From a virus (Duplodnaviria; Heunggongvirae; Uroviricota; Caudoviricetes), in the IMG/VR virus record IMGVR_UViG_3300046522_000748: a stretch of 64,000 nucleotides of DNA; one strand, written 5' to 3'. Numbering within the stretch: the stretch's first letter is position 1; every line of letters begins with the position of its first letter. The notes beneath the pieces were generated by a model. It did not search any database and was not told the origin of the DNA. It saw nothing but the letters and a program-made list of their open reading frames with translations. The translations under genes and the position numbers were made by a program. Shown piece by piece: positions 8,338 through 17,823 of this stretch.

Positions 8338-8901
8338 CTACAGCAGGCCTCGGAAGGTCAGGCTGATTCGCGGGCCGCAGGCAGCAGAGTGCTTGGGAAT
8401 GCGATGCAGATCCAGGTGCTGCATGCCAGCTGGCATTTCCAGCAAGCTGCCGGAGGCCAGACTGACCTTCACCACTTCAGCAGCTTCACCTTCGGGCACA
8501 CGAGGTGGCCTTGGCTTGAACCACAATTCGCGGACGGCGCCAAAGCTGTACACCAGGATCGGGCGCGAATGGTCGATGCTTGGGCTATCATCGGCGTGCC
8601 AGCCCAAGTGGTTATGCTGGTTTTCGTACCCATTGATGAACAGCGCTTCAAACTTGCAGCCGTACTGCGCCTCAGCTTGAGCCTGAATGCCCTTGCAGAT
8701 CTCATCCCACACCGGATTCGGGGTATACGTCCGTGCGTATGCGCCTTCACCATAGGTATACGGCTCACCCTTGTCGCTGAAGAAGACTTCTTTGCGCGGT
8801 GCTTCGCGCTGTTCCCATGGTAGATTTTTCCACAGGTGATCGAAGATCTCGGCGGCATTGGCAATCGCGTTGGGGGTGTAGATCGGCATCGTGGGCTTCA
8901 T
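8338..8901 (-). CDS. AlkB-family 2OG-Fe(II) dioxygenase
   Basis: GWHADD (HxD), distal H in LHRIPK, RISLTFR. Confidence 0.9.
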   Translation of the reverse strand: MKPTMPIYTPNAIANAAEIFDHLWKNLPWEQREAPRKEVFFSDKGEPYTYGEGAYARTYTPNPVWDEICKGIQAQAEAQYGCKFEALFINGYENQHNHLGWHADDSPSIDHSRPILVYSFGAVRELWFKPRPPRVPEGEAAEVVKVSLASGSLLEMPAGMQHLDLHRIPKHSAACGPRISLTFRGLL

Positions 8902-9101
8902 GTGTTCATTCCGTTTCTCGTGAGATTCCGTTTGTTGGAGTATCTGAGCGAGGATTATAGCAAGCCTGCGGCATTCGGTCAATGTCATTTACACTTCAAT
9001 ATTTTGTATTGGTGTACTTGCTGTTGGTCGAAATCATCAGTTCCGAATTTTGCCTTGACTGTCGCGCCAGCGCACCCAGCAGCACCGCTTGATACGTAGA
9101 T

Positions 9102-9275
9102 TCATAGCGAGATCACCCGATTAAGTAGCTCTTCAGTGACTTGGCTGTCCCGGTTCAATTTTCTCTGACGTTTATCGACTTCCAACATGCGTCGATCACG
9201 CTCTTCTTGACGTGCTGCACGCTCTTCAGGCGTAAGCTTCGCCCGAGCCTGCTCGATAAGATCTTCCAGTGTCAT
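9102..9275 (-). CDS. small helical hypothetical protein
   Basis: GGAGAG RBS; similar ends to 9354..9569 (MTLEDLI...TEELLNRV). Confidence 0.65.
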   Translation of the reverse strand: MTLEDLIEQARAKLTPEERAARQEERDRRMLEVDKRQRKLNRDSQVTEELLNRVISL

Positions 9276-9353
9276 GCTTCTCTCCCAGGCAATGGTTATT
9301 GTGTATCGATAAGTCAAAACGCCCACCGTGAAGTTCGGCGCATTAAAACCACA

Positions 9354-9569
9354 TCAAATGGTGCAGACTTTTCTCAGCAGCTCTGCCGTAGGCTGTTTAG
9401 CGGCAATCCGTTTCTCGCATTCAATGCTCCATTGGCGAATGCGTGCATAACTTTCTTCGCGGTTTTTTTCATTACGCAGAGTGATTTCGGCTGTTTCTTC
9501 CGGAGAAAGTTCACCGGCTTCGTACTTCTGCATTTTAATGGACAGATCGATCAGTGCTTTAAGGGACAT
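9354..9569 (-). CDS. small helical hypothetical protein, paralog of 9102..9275
   Basis: MSLKALI...TAELLRKV; AGGTG RBS. Confidence 0.65.
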   Translation of the reverse strand: MSLKALIDLSIKMQKYEAGELSPEETAEITLRNEKNREESYARIRQWSIECEKRIAAKQPTAELLRKVCTI

Positions 9570-9690
9570 GCTTCACCTATTAGTAGATGATCATTATATC
9601 GCTTATTGGGTGCTATTTAACAACAAAAGACCTGTGCCTGCTATTGCATGAAAAAGTCTATGGCGCCACACAGGGCGCCATATCGAGTGT

Positions 9691-10296
9691 TCAATGCTGG
9701 GATTTTAGATGGCCAGCCTTAACGATCTGGGTTTGCGCACCCTGTACGGCGGCATTCAGCTTCGTGGCTCGCTCCAGAGCCATTGCGGCTTGCGCTCTGA
9801 AAGCGTCCACGGCCAGCGTGCAGCCCGCCTCCAAGTCTTCTTCGTTGCATTGAAGCGAACACTCCGGCACAAAATCGCTGCCGCTCAACATCGGCTTGAG
9901 CAGTGCGTCGAATTTCACCCGGCTGCCATTGGTCTTTTCGTAGTGGTTGGCTATCTTCTTCACTTTCAGCGGCGTGACCTTAACTTGAAGGCATGTGGTA
10001 TTGCTTTCATGATCCTGTTCCATCCCAACGCGAATATGCAGCAGGGTATGGTCAAAACCCTTGGTCTTGAGATAGCCGGTCTCAACAACCACACGGGCTA
10101 GATGTAGCTGTTCGGGAGTCGCCACAAGGCGCTTCGAATCAACCATTCCGTTTCTCCAGCCGTGATAATAGCTGCGGCTTCGGTCGCTCCCAGGTTCGGC
10201 CTCCCCTTTGTATCCGGCCTGATACCCTTCCAGCATTTCAGCCTCATCGAGACTGGAAAGGTCTTCAATGGTTGCTGCGGATTGAAATTCGCTCAT
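9691..10296 (-). CDS. hypothetical protein with N-terminal Rmf-like motif
   Basis: EGYQAGYKG...SYYHGWRNG. Confidence 0.7.
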   Translation of the reverse strand: MSEFQSAATIEDLSSLDEAEMLEGYQAGYKGEAEPGSDRSRSYYHGWRNGMVDSKRLVATPEQLHLARVVVETGYLKTKGFDHTLLHIRVGMEQDHESNTTCLQVKVTPLKVKKIANHYEKTNGSRVKFDALLKPMLSGSDFVPECSLQCNEEDLEAGCTLAVDAFRAQAAMALERATKLNAAVQGAQTQIVKAGHLKSQH

Positions 10297-10349
10297 GTGT
10301 TGTCCCTCGCTGCGTTATCCGGCCAGTATCAGCCATTGATCTTGATCGA

Positions 10350-10718
10350 TCAAGTTGGGCCGATTGGAAGAAATCTTTTTTTCTTGTGGTCGTAACCAAT
10401 TTTTTTGTAAAAATCGAAAATAGTTCCGCTTTCCTCTATCAGCAACCCTGTGAATTGATTGTTGTACTCGGGGTTTGCTGCGCAATATTCATAAGTGCGT
10501 TGTGTATGCAATTCAAAGTGGAACGGCGCATCGTATGGGGCTGCTTTTCCAAACACTCGATTGGTTTCAAACTTGTCAAACGCCCAGGTGCTTACCTGAT
10601 GAACATATGAAAACTTTTCGTCCGATCCTGGGTTAACGATATGATGAAGCTTGATTGGCGCTTGCCGTTCAAACTCGACAATCCAATACTGAAACTTGTT
10701 GTTCAGCTCTGAATTCAC
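10350..10718 (-). CDS. hypothetical protein
   Basis: GTG start coupled to upstream stop. Confidence 0.6.
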   Translation of the reverse strand: MNSELNNKFQYWIVEFERQAPIKLHHIVNPGSDEKFSYVHQVSTWAFDKFETNRVFGKAAPYDAPFHFELHTQRTYEYCAANPEYNNQFTGLLIEESGTIFDFYKKIGYDHKKKRFLPIGPT

Positions 10719-11071
10719 GCAGTTGCTTCCTCTGTCATGGATGGGGCTTCATTGCCGATGGCAATGGCAACCGAGGGTTTTTCGCCGTCACGTTCGGCTC
10801 GATACGCTTTAAGTTTCACTGCCAAAGGCTCTTTGCGCTCCAGGCAAAAGGTGATGAATCGATCACGAGACACCGCCAATCGTACAGGCAGCGGTAGCGC
10901 CTCGTATGCCCCTTCAAAAAGGGAAGTAAGGCCAGCGTCGTCTGTGAGGCCGTTCTCGACCATCGAGAGCATTTTGGGGAACACCACATTTTCAACAGAC
11001 GCCCAGTGTTTCTCTAGAAATTCTGCTGGATTGGCTACGTTTGATAGTTTGTCTGCAATCTTTGAAAACAT
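10715..11071 (-). CDS. hypothetical protein
   Basis: 118 aa, GAAGGA RBS. Confidence 0.7.
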   Translation of the reverse strand: MFSKIADKLSNVANPAEFLEKHWASVENVVFPKMLSMVENGLTDDAGLTSLFEGAYEALPLPVRLAVSRDRFITFCLERKEPLAVKLKAYRAERDGEKPSVAIAIGNEAPSMTEEATA

Positions 11072-11243
11072 GATCCTTCCCCTATTATTAATCGCTTATT
11101 ATATAATTCTTTTCGTCTTTTGCAACCATTTGTGTCGAATGATATGGGTTGCTGATCCTGCTTTTGCCACCAAATTTGTTTGTGTGATTGACACCATCTT
11201 CGGGCTTCGATATACTCGCTGAAACTCTCAAGGCTCTCTCATC

Positions 11244-12101
11244 ATGTCCGTATTTATCGCCAAAGACCTCGGCCTTCAAGTCGTCAGCAATCTCGATTTC
11301 ATGTCCCGTCCTGGCATCTACTGGAAATGGGGGAGTACCATTTTTTCTGGCCATAGCTTCGGCACGGCATTGGGGCCAAAGCACTGTTTTTTCCAGGCCG
11401 GTTTCCATGATTTCGCTCACTGCATTGACTTCATTATGCGTGGCAAGCAGGATCGTGTGACCAGCAGTGGCTTGAGTTTTCACACACCCTGGCAGTTCGT
11501 TAATCCTGTGTTTGGTCATATGGACGGCGAGCCTAAAACCTCGCAAATCACTCGCTGTGAAGCTCGGGTCTTTGCGCTTCAGGCCTACCTGATGAACAAG
11601 GAGATGGGGTTCATCATCGACTCACTGGATTACGACGATGAGGGAATTCTGCGTGAAGCAGGTAAATTGTCTCACCTGCGTGAGAAATCGCAGGAAGAGT
11701 CTATGGAATGGAGCCGCTCCTACTCGCTGATCCAGGCAGTTTCCATTGAGGAATACGCTCGGGACAAGGGTGAACTGGAATACATCAAATGGCAGGATTC
11801 AGAGGTGTTCCTTAGCGAATACGGTTTTGGCTATAAATCTGGTCTGAACTATAAGGAGCGCTCGGTCCGCTGGAAGGAGTGCTTCGTCAACTTGATTATC
11901 GAAGAATACAACCGTTTCCAAAACCCGTTTGTAGAAAAGCGTATCAGTCGCGCTGTTACAGCTCTGGGGGAGCGCCTGCGGCGTTTTCATAAGGCTCATG
12001 GTTTCGTGCCAACCGATGATCATTTCGGAATTCGCCACGCAGGTATCGAAACGCAGAAACCTGCCTCAACCACCATTGTTTTGGAGGCTTACAATGCCTG
12101 A
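11244..12101 (+). CDS. hypothetical protein with zincin-like HDxxH...E motif
   Basis: FHDFAHC...EARVFALQ; promoter TTGACA-17-TATACT at 11188-11216. Confidence 0.7.
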   Translation: MSVFIAKDLGLQVVSNLDFMSRPGIYWKWGSTIFSGHSFGTALGPKHCFFQAGFHDFAHCIDFIMRGKQDRVTSSGLSFHTPWQFVNPVFGHMDGEPKTSQITRCEARVFALQAYLMNKEMGFIIDSLDYDDEGILREAGKLSHLREKSQEESMEWSRSYSLIQAVSIEEYARDKGELEYIKWQDSEVFLSEYGFGYKSGLNYKERSVRWKECFVNLIIEEYNRFQNPFVEKRISRAVTALGERLRRFHKAHGFVPTDDHFGIRHAGIETQKPASTTIVLEAYNA

Positions 12102-12333
12102 TGGAAATATTCGCGTCTGCGTCCTTCTTCATCCAGAGGCTTCAATAGAAGCTGGCGATGTTGTTCGGGGCATTGCTCCACAATTCTACCTCGACGATAT
12201 GCATAAGGCCGCTGCGGCTTGGGCCTGCGAGGAACCAATCGTAAGTGTGTACGCCGCCCAGGCTGTTTTTGAAAAACTACTACGGGATGGTTTTCAGCTT
12301 CGATGGCACACGCTGGGGCTTGATCGCATCTGA
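12094..12333 (+). CDS. hypothetical protein
   Basis: GGAGG RBS, overlaps upstream stop. Confidence 0.6.
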   Translation: MPDGNIRVCVLLHPEASIEAGDVVRGIAPQFYLDDMHKAAAAWACEEPIVSVYAAQAVFEKLLRDGFQLRWHTLGLDRI

Positions 12334-12340
12334 TATTTTT

Positions 12341-12380
12341 TGTCAGTGTGATTGACACTGCATTCGTTTATCGCTATACT
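12341..12380 (+). promoter_or_regulatory. sigma70 promoter with perfect operator TGTCA-N7-TGACA (12341-12357)
   Basis: TTGACA-17-TATACT. Confidence 0.8.
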
Positions 12381-12414
12381 GTTCCCATCAAATACAGGAA
12401 CAGGAGAGACGCGC

Positions 12415-13065
12415 ATGGCTATTACTCGATTTGATTTTGATCGCACGGGTAGCGCTGAACGTTCGCATGGATATGGTGCTTGGCCAGAAGGCGCGTACTG
12501 TCCTGTTGGCAGCTCCAACCTTGTCAGCGAACGTGAGCAGCGCTGTGGCGCCCTGGTACTCTGGGATGAGTACGTCGGCCTGTGCCTGTCTGACTATGAG
12601 CGTAATGGCTACGATGACTCTGATTTCTTCATGGAGATCTGGAATCCTGAAGCCCAGGCCGTTGAGACCATTTTGTTTGCAACCACTCGTGGATGGACGT
12701 ACCCAAGCTATGGCAGTCGTCCAGACGCTACGCCTGAGGTGCGTGAGCTGGCTGCCCAATGGCGGGAACAACAGCGTCAGCTGGCTCTAAAGCAAGAGCG
12801 TAAGGCGCGTGCGGATCTGGTTCGTAAAAAGCGTGCGCTGCTGTGGGAGCTGGCCAAGCGTCACGGTTTTTCGTTCTCGCGTATTCGCAAGCTGACGCGC
12901 ACTGAGCCTGAGCCCCGTGCAGACGCTGTGGTGGCGCTGCTCAAAAGCCAGAAGTTGCGCTCCCCCTTCCGCATCAATATGCAAGATCAGTTGGTAAAAT
13001 GGCTGAAGGACAGCGCGCCGAAGTATCCATCGCCTTTCAGCTTCAAGCAGTGGGAATACGTTTAG
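12415..13065 (+). CDS. conserved mobile-element hypothetical protein
   Basis: ERNGYDDSDF..TTRGWTYP..DATPEV motif; AGGAG RBS; terminator at 13081-13105. Confidence 0.8.
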   Translation: MAITRFDFDRTGSAERSHGYGAWPEGAYCPVGSSNLVSEREQRCGALVLWDEYVGLCLSDYERNGYDDSDFFMEIWNPEAQAVETILFATTRGWTYPSYGSRPDATPEVRELAAQWREQQRQLALKQERKARADLVRKKRALLWELAKRHGFSFSRIRKLTRTEPEPRADAVVALLKSQKLRSPFRINMQDQLVKWLKDSAPKYPSPFSFKQWEYV

Positions 13066-13194
13066 TATTTCTGCTAGAACAAAGCCCTCCTGAGTGAGGG
13101 CTTTTGCTTTTAAAGTCCATAAATTTACAGGCTTGCCAACTACGATCAATGCAATATAATACTGCAATAATATAAATTCGAAGCAGGTAATCTG

Positions 13195-14076
13195 ATGAGA
13201 GCCAAAACCGTAGAATCTGAGGAATCGTTAGCACGACTCATCAGTAATCAACTCGGCCTTGAGTTCGCTACAAGCGGTCAGCAAGACGCGCCGTCAATTG
13301 TCGTTTTTTCTGGAATTTCTGGATCTGGAAAAGAGGCGTTGTTAAAGCGAATTTGTGCAAGACTGGGGCTTACAGATTTGGCCTCACGTTCGCCGCTAGA
13401 GATACGCGACTGCGCTTCAGTTTATGAGGCTGATTGCGTCGTAAAATCAGGTCTTCCGGTATTCGCGACAGTACATGCAGCCAGCAACATGCAGGCTCTC
13501 GAACGTCTCTGCCATTTGAAGTTTACCCGTCATTGTGGTGTCGGTTGTGACCCGCTTGATGATTGTGGTGGCATTGGAATTAAGGATGGCTCTGTATTCG
13601 TCAATGTATCTGGAATTAAGGCAATCGGAAACGACTATTACACCTGGGCTGAATATCATGCCTTGAATTCAGGATCAATGGAGGGCACGACGCTAAAGAA
13701 CCGAATATTGTCCGGCGCCAACCACAGAAATGTCGATGCAATACGCTTTCACAAGAAAAGTGACGAGCAGTTGTCGTACGAAAAGACGATGGCAGTGCTC
13801 TCATCAGTGCCTGCCTTGGTATTTGAAGCCGATCTAAACGGAGTAAGCCTTCTGCCCGCTCATCCTCGGCCAAATCACCAAATCATAATGACATTCGAGG
13901 TTGCTGTTTTTGAGACTGACGATGGTAAAAATCCCAACATTTCAAATGAAATCAGTGGGGGGATTGGTCTTCTTGAGTCGGCAGTTGGCTCCCATAAAAT
14001 GCAGGCATTTGAGGCCATGTTTTGCGGAAAGATAGATCCAAATGAGTTTGAATTGAAATATGGCCTGATTGCATAA
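13195..14076 (+). CDS. degenerate PilT/DotB/GspE-like P-loop ATPase
   Basis: Walker A GISGSGKE, EIRD, His-box-like SGLPVFATVHAAS..ALERL; internally shortened. Confidence 0.6.
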   Translation: MRAKTVESEESLARLISNQLGLEFATSGQQDAPSIVVFSGISGSGKEALLKRICARLGLTDLASRSPLEIRDCASVYEADCVVKSGLPVFATVHAASNMQALERLCHLKFTRHCGVGCDPLDDCGGIGIKDGSVFVNVSGIKAIGNDYYTWAEYHALNSGSMEGTTLKNRILSGANHRNVDAIRFHKKSDEQLSYEKTMAVLSSVPALVFEADLNGVSLLPAHPRPNHQIIMTFEVAVFETDDGKNPNISNEISGGIGLLESAVGSHKMQAFEAMFCGKIDPNEFELKYGLIA

Positions 14077-14103
14077 AATACGCGACAAAAACTTCATCTC
14101 AAA

Positions 14104-14129
14104 TAAGCCCCTCGCGATGGGGCTTTTTT
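14104..14129 (+). terminator. intrinsic terminator
   Basis: AAGCCCC-tcgcgat-GGGGCTTTTTT. Confidence 0.7.
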
Positions 14130-14220
14130 GTGTCTGCAACTTTTTGGTCGGCGCATTACTTTATTAGATATTAATATCATGTAAACTACCGTCTTAAATA
14201 ACAATAATTCTGGAGCTTTC

Positions 14221-14586
14221 ATGATCACAAATACGCATTTGAAGGAGCTGTTTCAAGCAAGAGTACTCAGAAACAGCAAAGATCCAGGTGCCAACGAGAT
14301 GTGGGCTTTGCGAAGTCTAAAGCTGTTCGATATCGCAGTTGAGGTGGCTGAAGCTAACTTGAAAGAGGGTGAATTGCTGTCGGAGTTACATATCGTCAAT
14401 TGCGCAAAGCTGGAAGCGTTGGTGTCGTTTACTAATGAGCAAGGTCGTCAGGATGGACAGTTGTTTCGGTATTTAAGCGATCTTCCAGGGTTTGAGTGGG
14501 ATAAGCCATTGGGTACAGAGACGGAGCGGCAGCATATTTATCTCCTTGCACTCGTACAAAACTTTCTAGTGATCGAAAATTCTTAA
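14221..14586 (+). CDS. stand-alone DotL/IcmO all-alpha-like domain protein
   Basis: MWALRS..GELL..YLSDLPGF..RQHIYL. Confidence 0.65.
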   Translation: MITNTHLKELFQARVLRNSKDPGANEMWALRSLKLFDIAVEVAEANLKEGELLSELHIVNCAKLEALVSFTNEQGRQDGQLFRYLSDLPGFEWDKPLGTETERQHIYLLALVQNFLVIENS

Positions 14587-14599
14587 TCGGGGCGATACC

Positions 14600-15343
14600 A
14601 TGCAGGCTAACGAGAATTTTAAGAGCCGCTGTAGGGAGCTGCTGCGCCCAGGCATCGAGGATAAAGACAACGAATCTCAATGTATGTGGATGTACAGAAC
14701 GCTTCAGGTATTTGAAGCTGCGGTCGAGATCGTGGAATCACGCTTGAAAGATGGTGAATTGTTATCTGAACAACTCATTATTCAAAATTCATCCCTCTCA
14801 TCATTTCAAGCATATGTGAGCGGTGTTGGAGGCAAAAACAATAAGGTGTTAGATTATTTAAATGGCTTGCCGCTCTATTCCCTTGAGGGATTTAATGCGT
14901 CGGCGGCTAGGCATCATAAATTCGCGATGATGGCGCTGGAAGATTTTTTGCTCCCCGATAATGATGCTCGTAAAAAAGTCTGTGAGGCTAATGCCAAATT
15001 TGCTGAGTGGTGCAAAGAGACGATAACGAACACTTTACTAAAAGACGATGTAGGCCAGATGTGGGGGCCGCGAGCCATAATGCTGATTGATGCTTCAATG
15101 GAAATTCTAGGCGAGCCCCAAAGAAAAGATTGTATTGTTACCATGACTGACATAATTGCATGTCTGCAAATACCTGTTATGGCTATTTATGCTCTGATTC
15201 ATCCAGATTCAATAGCATGTCGATACCTTGATGGTTTGCCTGGATTTGAGCATGGTGTAGAGCCAGGATATGAGACGATACGTGAACATCAGTATACGTT
15301 GATAGGCTTAAAGTGTTTGCTTGGAGCGAGCGCATCAGCATAG
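14600..15343 (+). CDS. protein with two tandem DotL/IcmO all-alpha-like domains
   Basis: MWMYRT..YLNGLPLY..RHH and MWGPRAI..YLDGLPGF..REHQY. Confidence 0.65.
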   Translation: MQANENFKSRCRELLRPGIEDKDNESQCMWMYRTLQVFEAAVEIVESRLKDGELLSEQLIIQNSSLSSFQAYVSGVGGKNNKVLDYLNGLPLYSLEGFNASAARHHKFAMMALEDFLLPDNDARKKVCEANAKFAEWCKETITNTLLKDDVGQMWGPRAIMLIDASMEILGEPQRKDCIVTMTDIIACLQIPVMAIYALIHPDSIACRYLDGLPGFEHGVEPGYETIREHQYTLIGLKCLLGASASA

Positions 15344-15393
15344 CGAAACGAATAAGCCCGCGAGAGTCGCAGGCTTATCATTAGGGGAATCGA

Positions 15394-15948
15394 CTAGCCT
15401 TCCGTACCAGACAGCCAACCCGGCTCAGTGGCTGCTGCCAGCCATTCACGTAGCGAGCCAGCATCTTTACCCGGTTCATCCTCGCTTCCCCAGCGCTCAT
15501 CTAGCAGCGTGTCACCGGTAAGTGTCACATCATACGGTTCATCATCCCCGACAAGCTCATGCATCAGCTCCAGGGCTTGCTCAGGCGACGTGGCGGCGAA
15601 CCAGTCAGAGTCCCCGACTTGATAGCAGCCCAACCCTGCTGGGTGGATCTGATCGCCCAAAAGATCCTTGTTTGTTGATTGGCGAACAACACGGACACTC
15701 CGAATTTGACCCAGTGTTTCAAAGGCGTCGGGATCTTCGCGATGCCAATCATTTTCGCCGACAAACGTAGCTCGATCCCAGCGCCGGGTGCGTACACCGT
15801 TTTGAAGGATGCAAACCATGTAGTTGTCTGTCGTTCTGTTTTCTTTAACGATGCTCATGGCGTTCTCAACATCAGACGCAGGAATCGTTTTGTCTTCACC
15901 ACTGTTAGCGCGAACGGTTACTTCAATTTTTGATGAGTCTGACTGCAT
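15394..15948 (-). CDS. hypothetical protein
   Basis: 184-aa ORF; acidic C-terminal YQVGDSDWFAA..STE module. Confidence 0.7.
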   Translation of the reverse strand: MQSDSSKIEVTVRANSGEDKTIPASDVENAMSIVKENRTTDNYMVCILQNGVRTRRWDRATFVGENDWHREDPDAFETLGQIRSVRVVRQSTNKDLLGDQIHPAGLGCYQVGDSDWFAATSPEQALELMHELVGDDEPYDVTLTGDTLLDERWGSEDEPGKDAGSLREWLAAATEPGWLSGTEG

Positions 15949-16192
15949 ATTTAATTCTCGCGTTTCATGTTGCAGCTGTTGCGCGCCGTTGAGTCGGCGT
16001 CTGCAACACCTGTCGTTGATATTGGGGTGATGCCCTGTGGCAGTGGGTGCGCGCCTGTGGTTTCACTGGATGGGCTAGCACCATCCGCTGTCCGCCGCTC
16101 GCAGGCCCTATCGGAGTCGTCCTGCACCCACTCCACAAGGCACCAAGCCTCTGTGTTTGTAAGTTGTCATCGATTGGAAACTGGCATTGCCC

Positions 16193-16729
16193 TCACGACT
16201 TGGTGATGCCTTCCATTTTTTGCATAGCAGTGAGGTACTTGATCGGATTGCCGTAGTACAGATCATAAATGCCTTTGAAAAATTCGATGTTCTGGTCTTG
16301 CGTCATGAACACTTTCTTTGGCAGGTGAAAGGTGTACTCGCCGCTGTAATCGAATTCGAGCTTGGTTTTTGCGGTCAGTCCAATAATCAGATGACGGATG
16401 ATTGTTCTGGTTTTGTCGGCAACGCAGGCCGAGCCTTCATGGCGTTCCAGGTTGTGGCGAAAATGACTTTCCACATACGAGTAGTGCTTGAACAAAAACT
16501 GCACTTCGTAGTTTTGTCCAAAATAAGTGGTCAGCAGCCCATCGACCATGTTCCCTAGGGGGTAGATCAGCGACATATAGAACAGATCTGCATCCGTTTC
16601 TTCGACTGCATTGCACGCATACTCAATGGGCTTGAGGTGCTTGATGTGTTCGAATGTGGCGACCGATTCCGACTGAAAGCCCGTGAACAGTGCGTCCAGT
16701 ACAGCGGCCACTTCCTCTTTCTCCAGCAT
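16193..16729 (-). CDS. hypothetical protein
   Basis: 178 aa, AAGGA RBS. Confidence 0.7.
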   Translation of the reverse strand: MLEKEEVAAVLDALFTGFQSESVATFEHIKHLKPIEYACNAVEETDADLFYMSLIYPLGNMVDGLLTTYFGQNYEVQFLFKHYSYVESHFRHNLERHEGSACVADKTRTIIRHLIIGLTAKTKLEFDYSGEYTFHLPKKVFMTQDQNIEFFKGIYDLYYGNPIKYLTAMQKMEGITKS

Positions 16730-16770
16730 TTGAAGCGTCCTTTAGGTGATTATTCGTTTAATATATATGA

Positions 16771-16804
16771 AAAATGCCCTCGCTGCTTGAACGAGGGCAT
16801 TTTT
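16771..16804. terminator. bidirectional intrinsic terminator
   Basis: AAAATGCCCTCG..CGAGGGCATTTT. Confidence 0.75.
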
Positions 16805-16808
16805 GTTT

Positions 16809-17810
16809 TTACGATTTCAGTGCTTGAAGCGCCTCGTTCGTCACTCGAATGATCTCCAGCCGTTCAGGTGTTTCATCTTCCGGGTAGCAATCGACCCGCA
16901 GGGTCTGTTTGCGAAATTTGCCGCCGTAGCCGAGGTGCCCACCAAACCGCCATTCGTGGGTTGGGATTTTGCTGCACATATTGGAAACAAAGGCGTCTCT
17001 TCGGTCTTCAGGCGCACCGGCTTCTTCGACGAGCGCATCGTAGGCAATCTCAGCCTGACGGTAGCTCAGTGGCAACAGTCCATTGGCAGCGCCCAACTGC
17101 TCATCGGCAAACTGTTGTGCGACGTGAAGCACCTGCTGACAACGATCCAGGTTCAGCCAATCATGCTCATTTTCATCCATCTCTCGCAGGCTGCCTTCCA
17201 TGTCCACCCAGTGCGAAGAATTTGGTGCTACGAGCTTGATCGCTTCCAGTTGATCGGCGATGTTTTCGGCCCCCAGGCCACCGGCATAGCCGCAGGATAC
17301 CGGCAGGGGTGTCGGCCAGAAGTCAGGGCTAACGCCGCGTCCACCTGAAGCATCAAACAGCATGGCGTGGTTATCCAGTCCGCCCAGTGCTTCCCATAGC
17401 GAAGCATTGGCTTCGTTATGCTGCGTGATAAAGGTCAATTTGGGGTAAGTGGAGATCAAGTCCCGAAGGGCCTGAATGTCAATCGGCTTGCGCGCCTGAT
17501 TGAAGTTCAATTGAACGCGACCGCCTCGATGGTTCACTCGCACAAGCAGCTCGGTAACGACCGGCTCTTTCTCCAGCAGATCCGTAACGCCCTTTCCGCA
17601 TACGTGCATCGCAACGTTCACGTAAAACGGCAGTGAGCTGAACGCGCCGTTCAGAAACTCTACCGATGGGTAACGTCCAGGCTGGCCCTGAAGTTTCGGA
17701 GAATAGAGAAAGCCCCACTCTGCTGAACGATAGCGTGCCGAAAGATCAGTGATCCGGGGGAGATCAGAGTGTTCATCAACACCCGTCAATGTGCAGAGAG
17801 TCAGTCGCAT
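16809..17810 (-). CDS. phosphoribosylanthranilate-isomerase-like TIM-barrel protein with extra C-terminal domain
   Basis: TLTGVDE, EWGFL, LFDASGGRG, GYAGGLGAEN, WVDME; C-term EWRFGGHLGYGGKF. Confidence 0.75.
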   Translation of the reverse strand: MRLTLCTLTGVDEHSDLPRITDLSARYRSAEWGFLYSPKLQGQPGRYPSVEFLNGAFSSLPFYVNVAMHVCGKGVTDLLEKEPVVTELLVRVNHRGGRVQLNFNQARKPIDIQALRDLISTYPKLTFITQHNEANASLWEALGGLDNHAMLFDASGGRGVSPDFWPTPLPVSCGYAGGLGAENIADQLEAIKLVAPNSSHWVDMEGSLREMDENEHDWLNLDRCQQVLHVAQQFADEQLGAANGLLPLSYRQAEIAYDALVEEAGAPEDRRDAFVSNMCSKIPTHEWRFGGHLGYGGKFRKQTLRVDCYPEDETPERLEIIRVTNEALQALKS

Positions 17811-17823
17811 GGTGTTGATCCTT

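Noticed and set aside
11088-11546. 152-aa minus-strand ORF
   Set aside because: Overlaps the promoter and 5' part of 11244..12101 (+), which has a consensus promoter and a plausible motif
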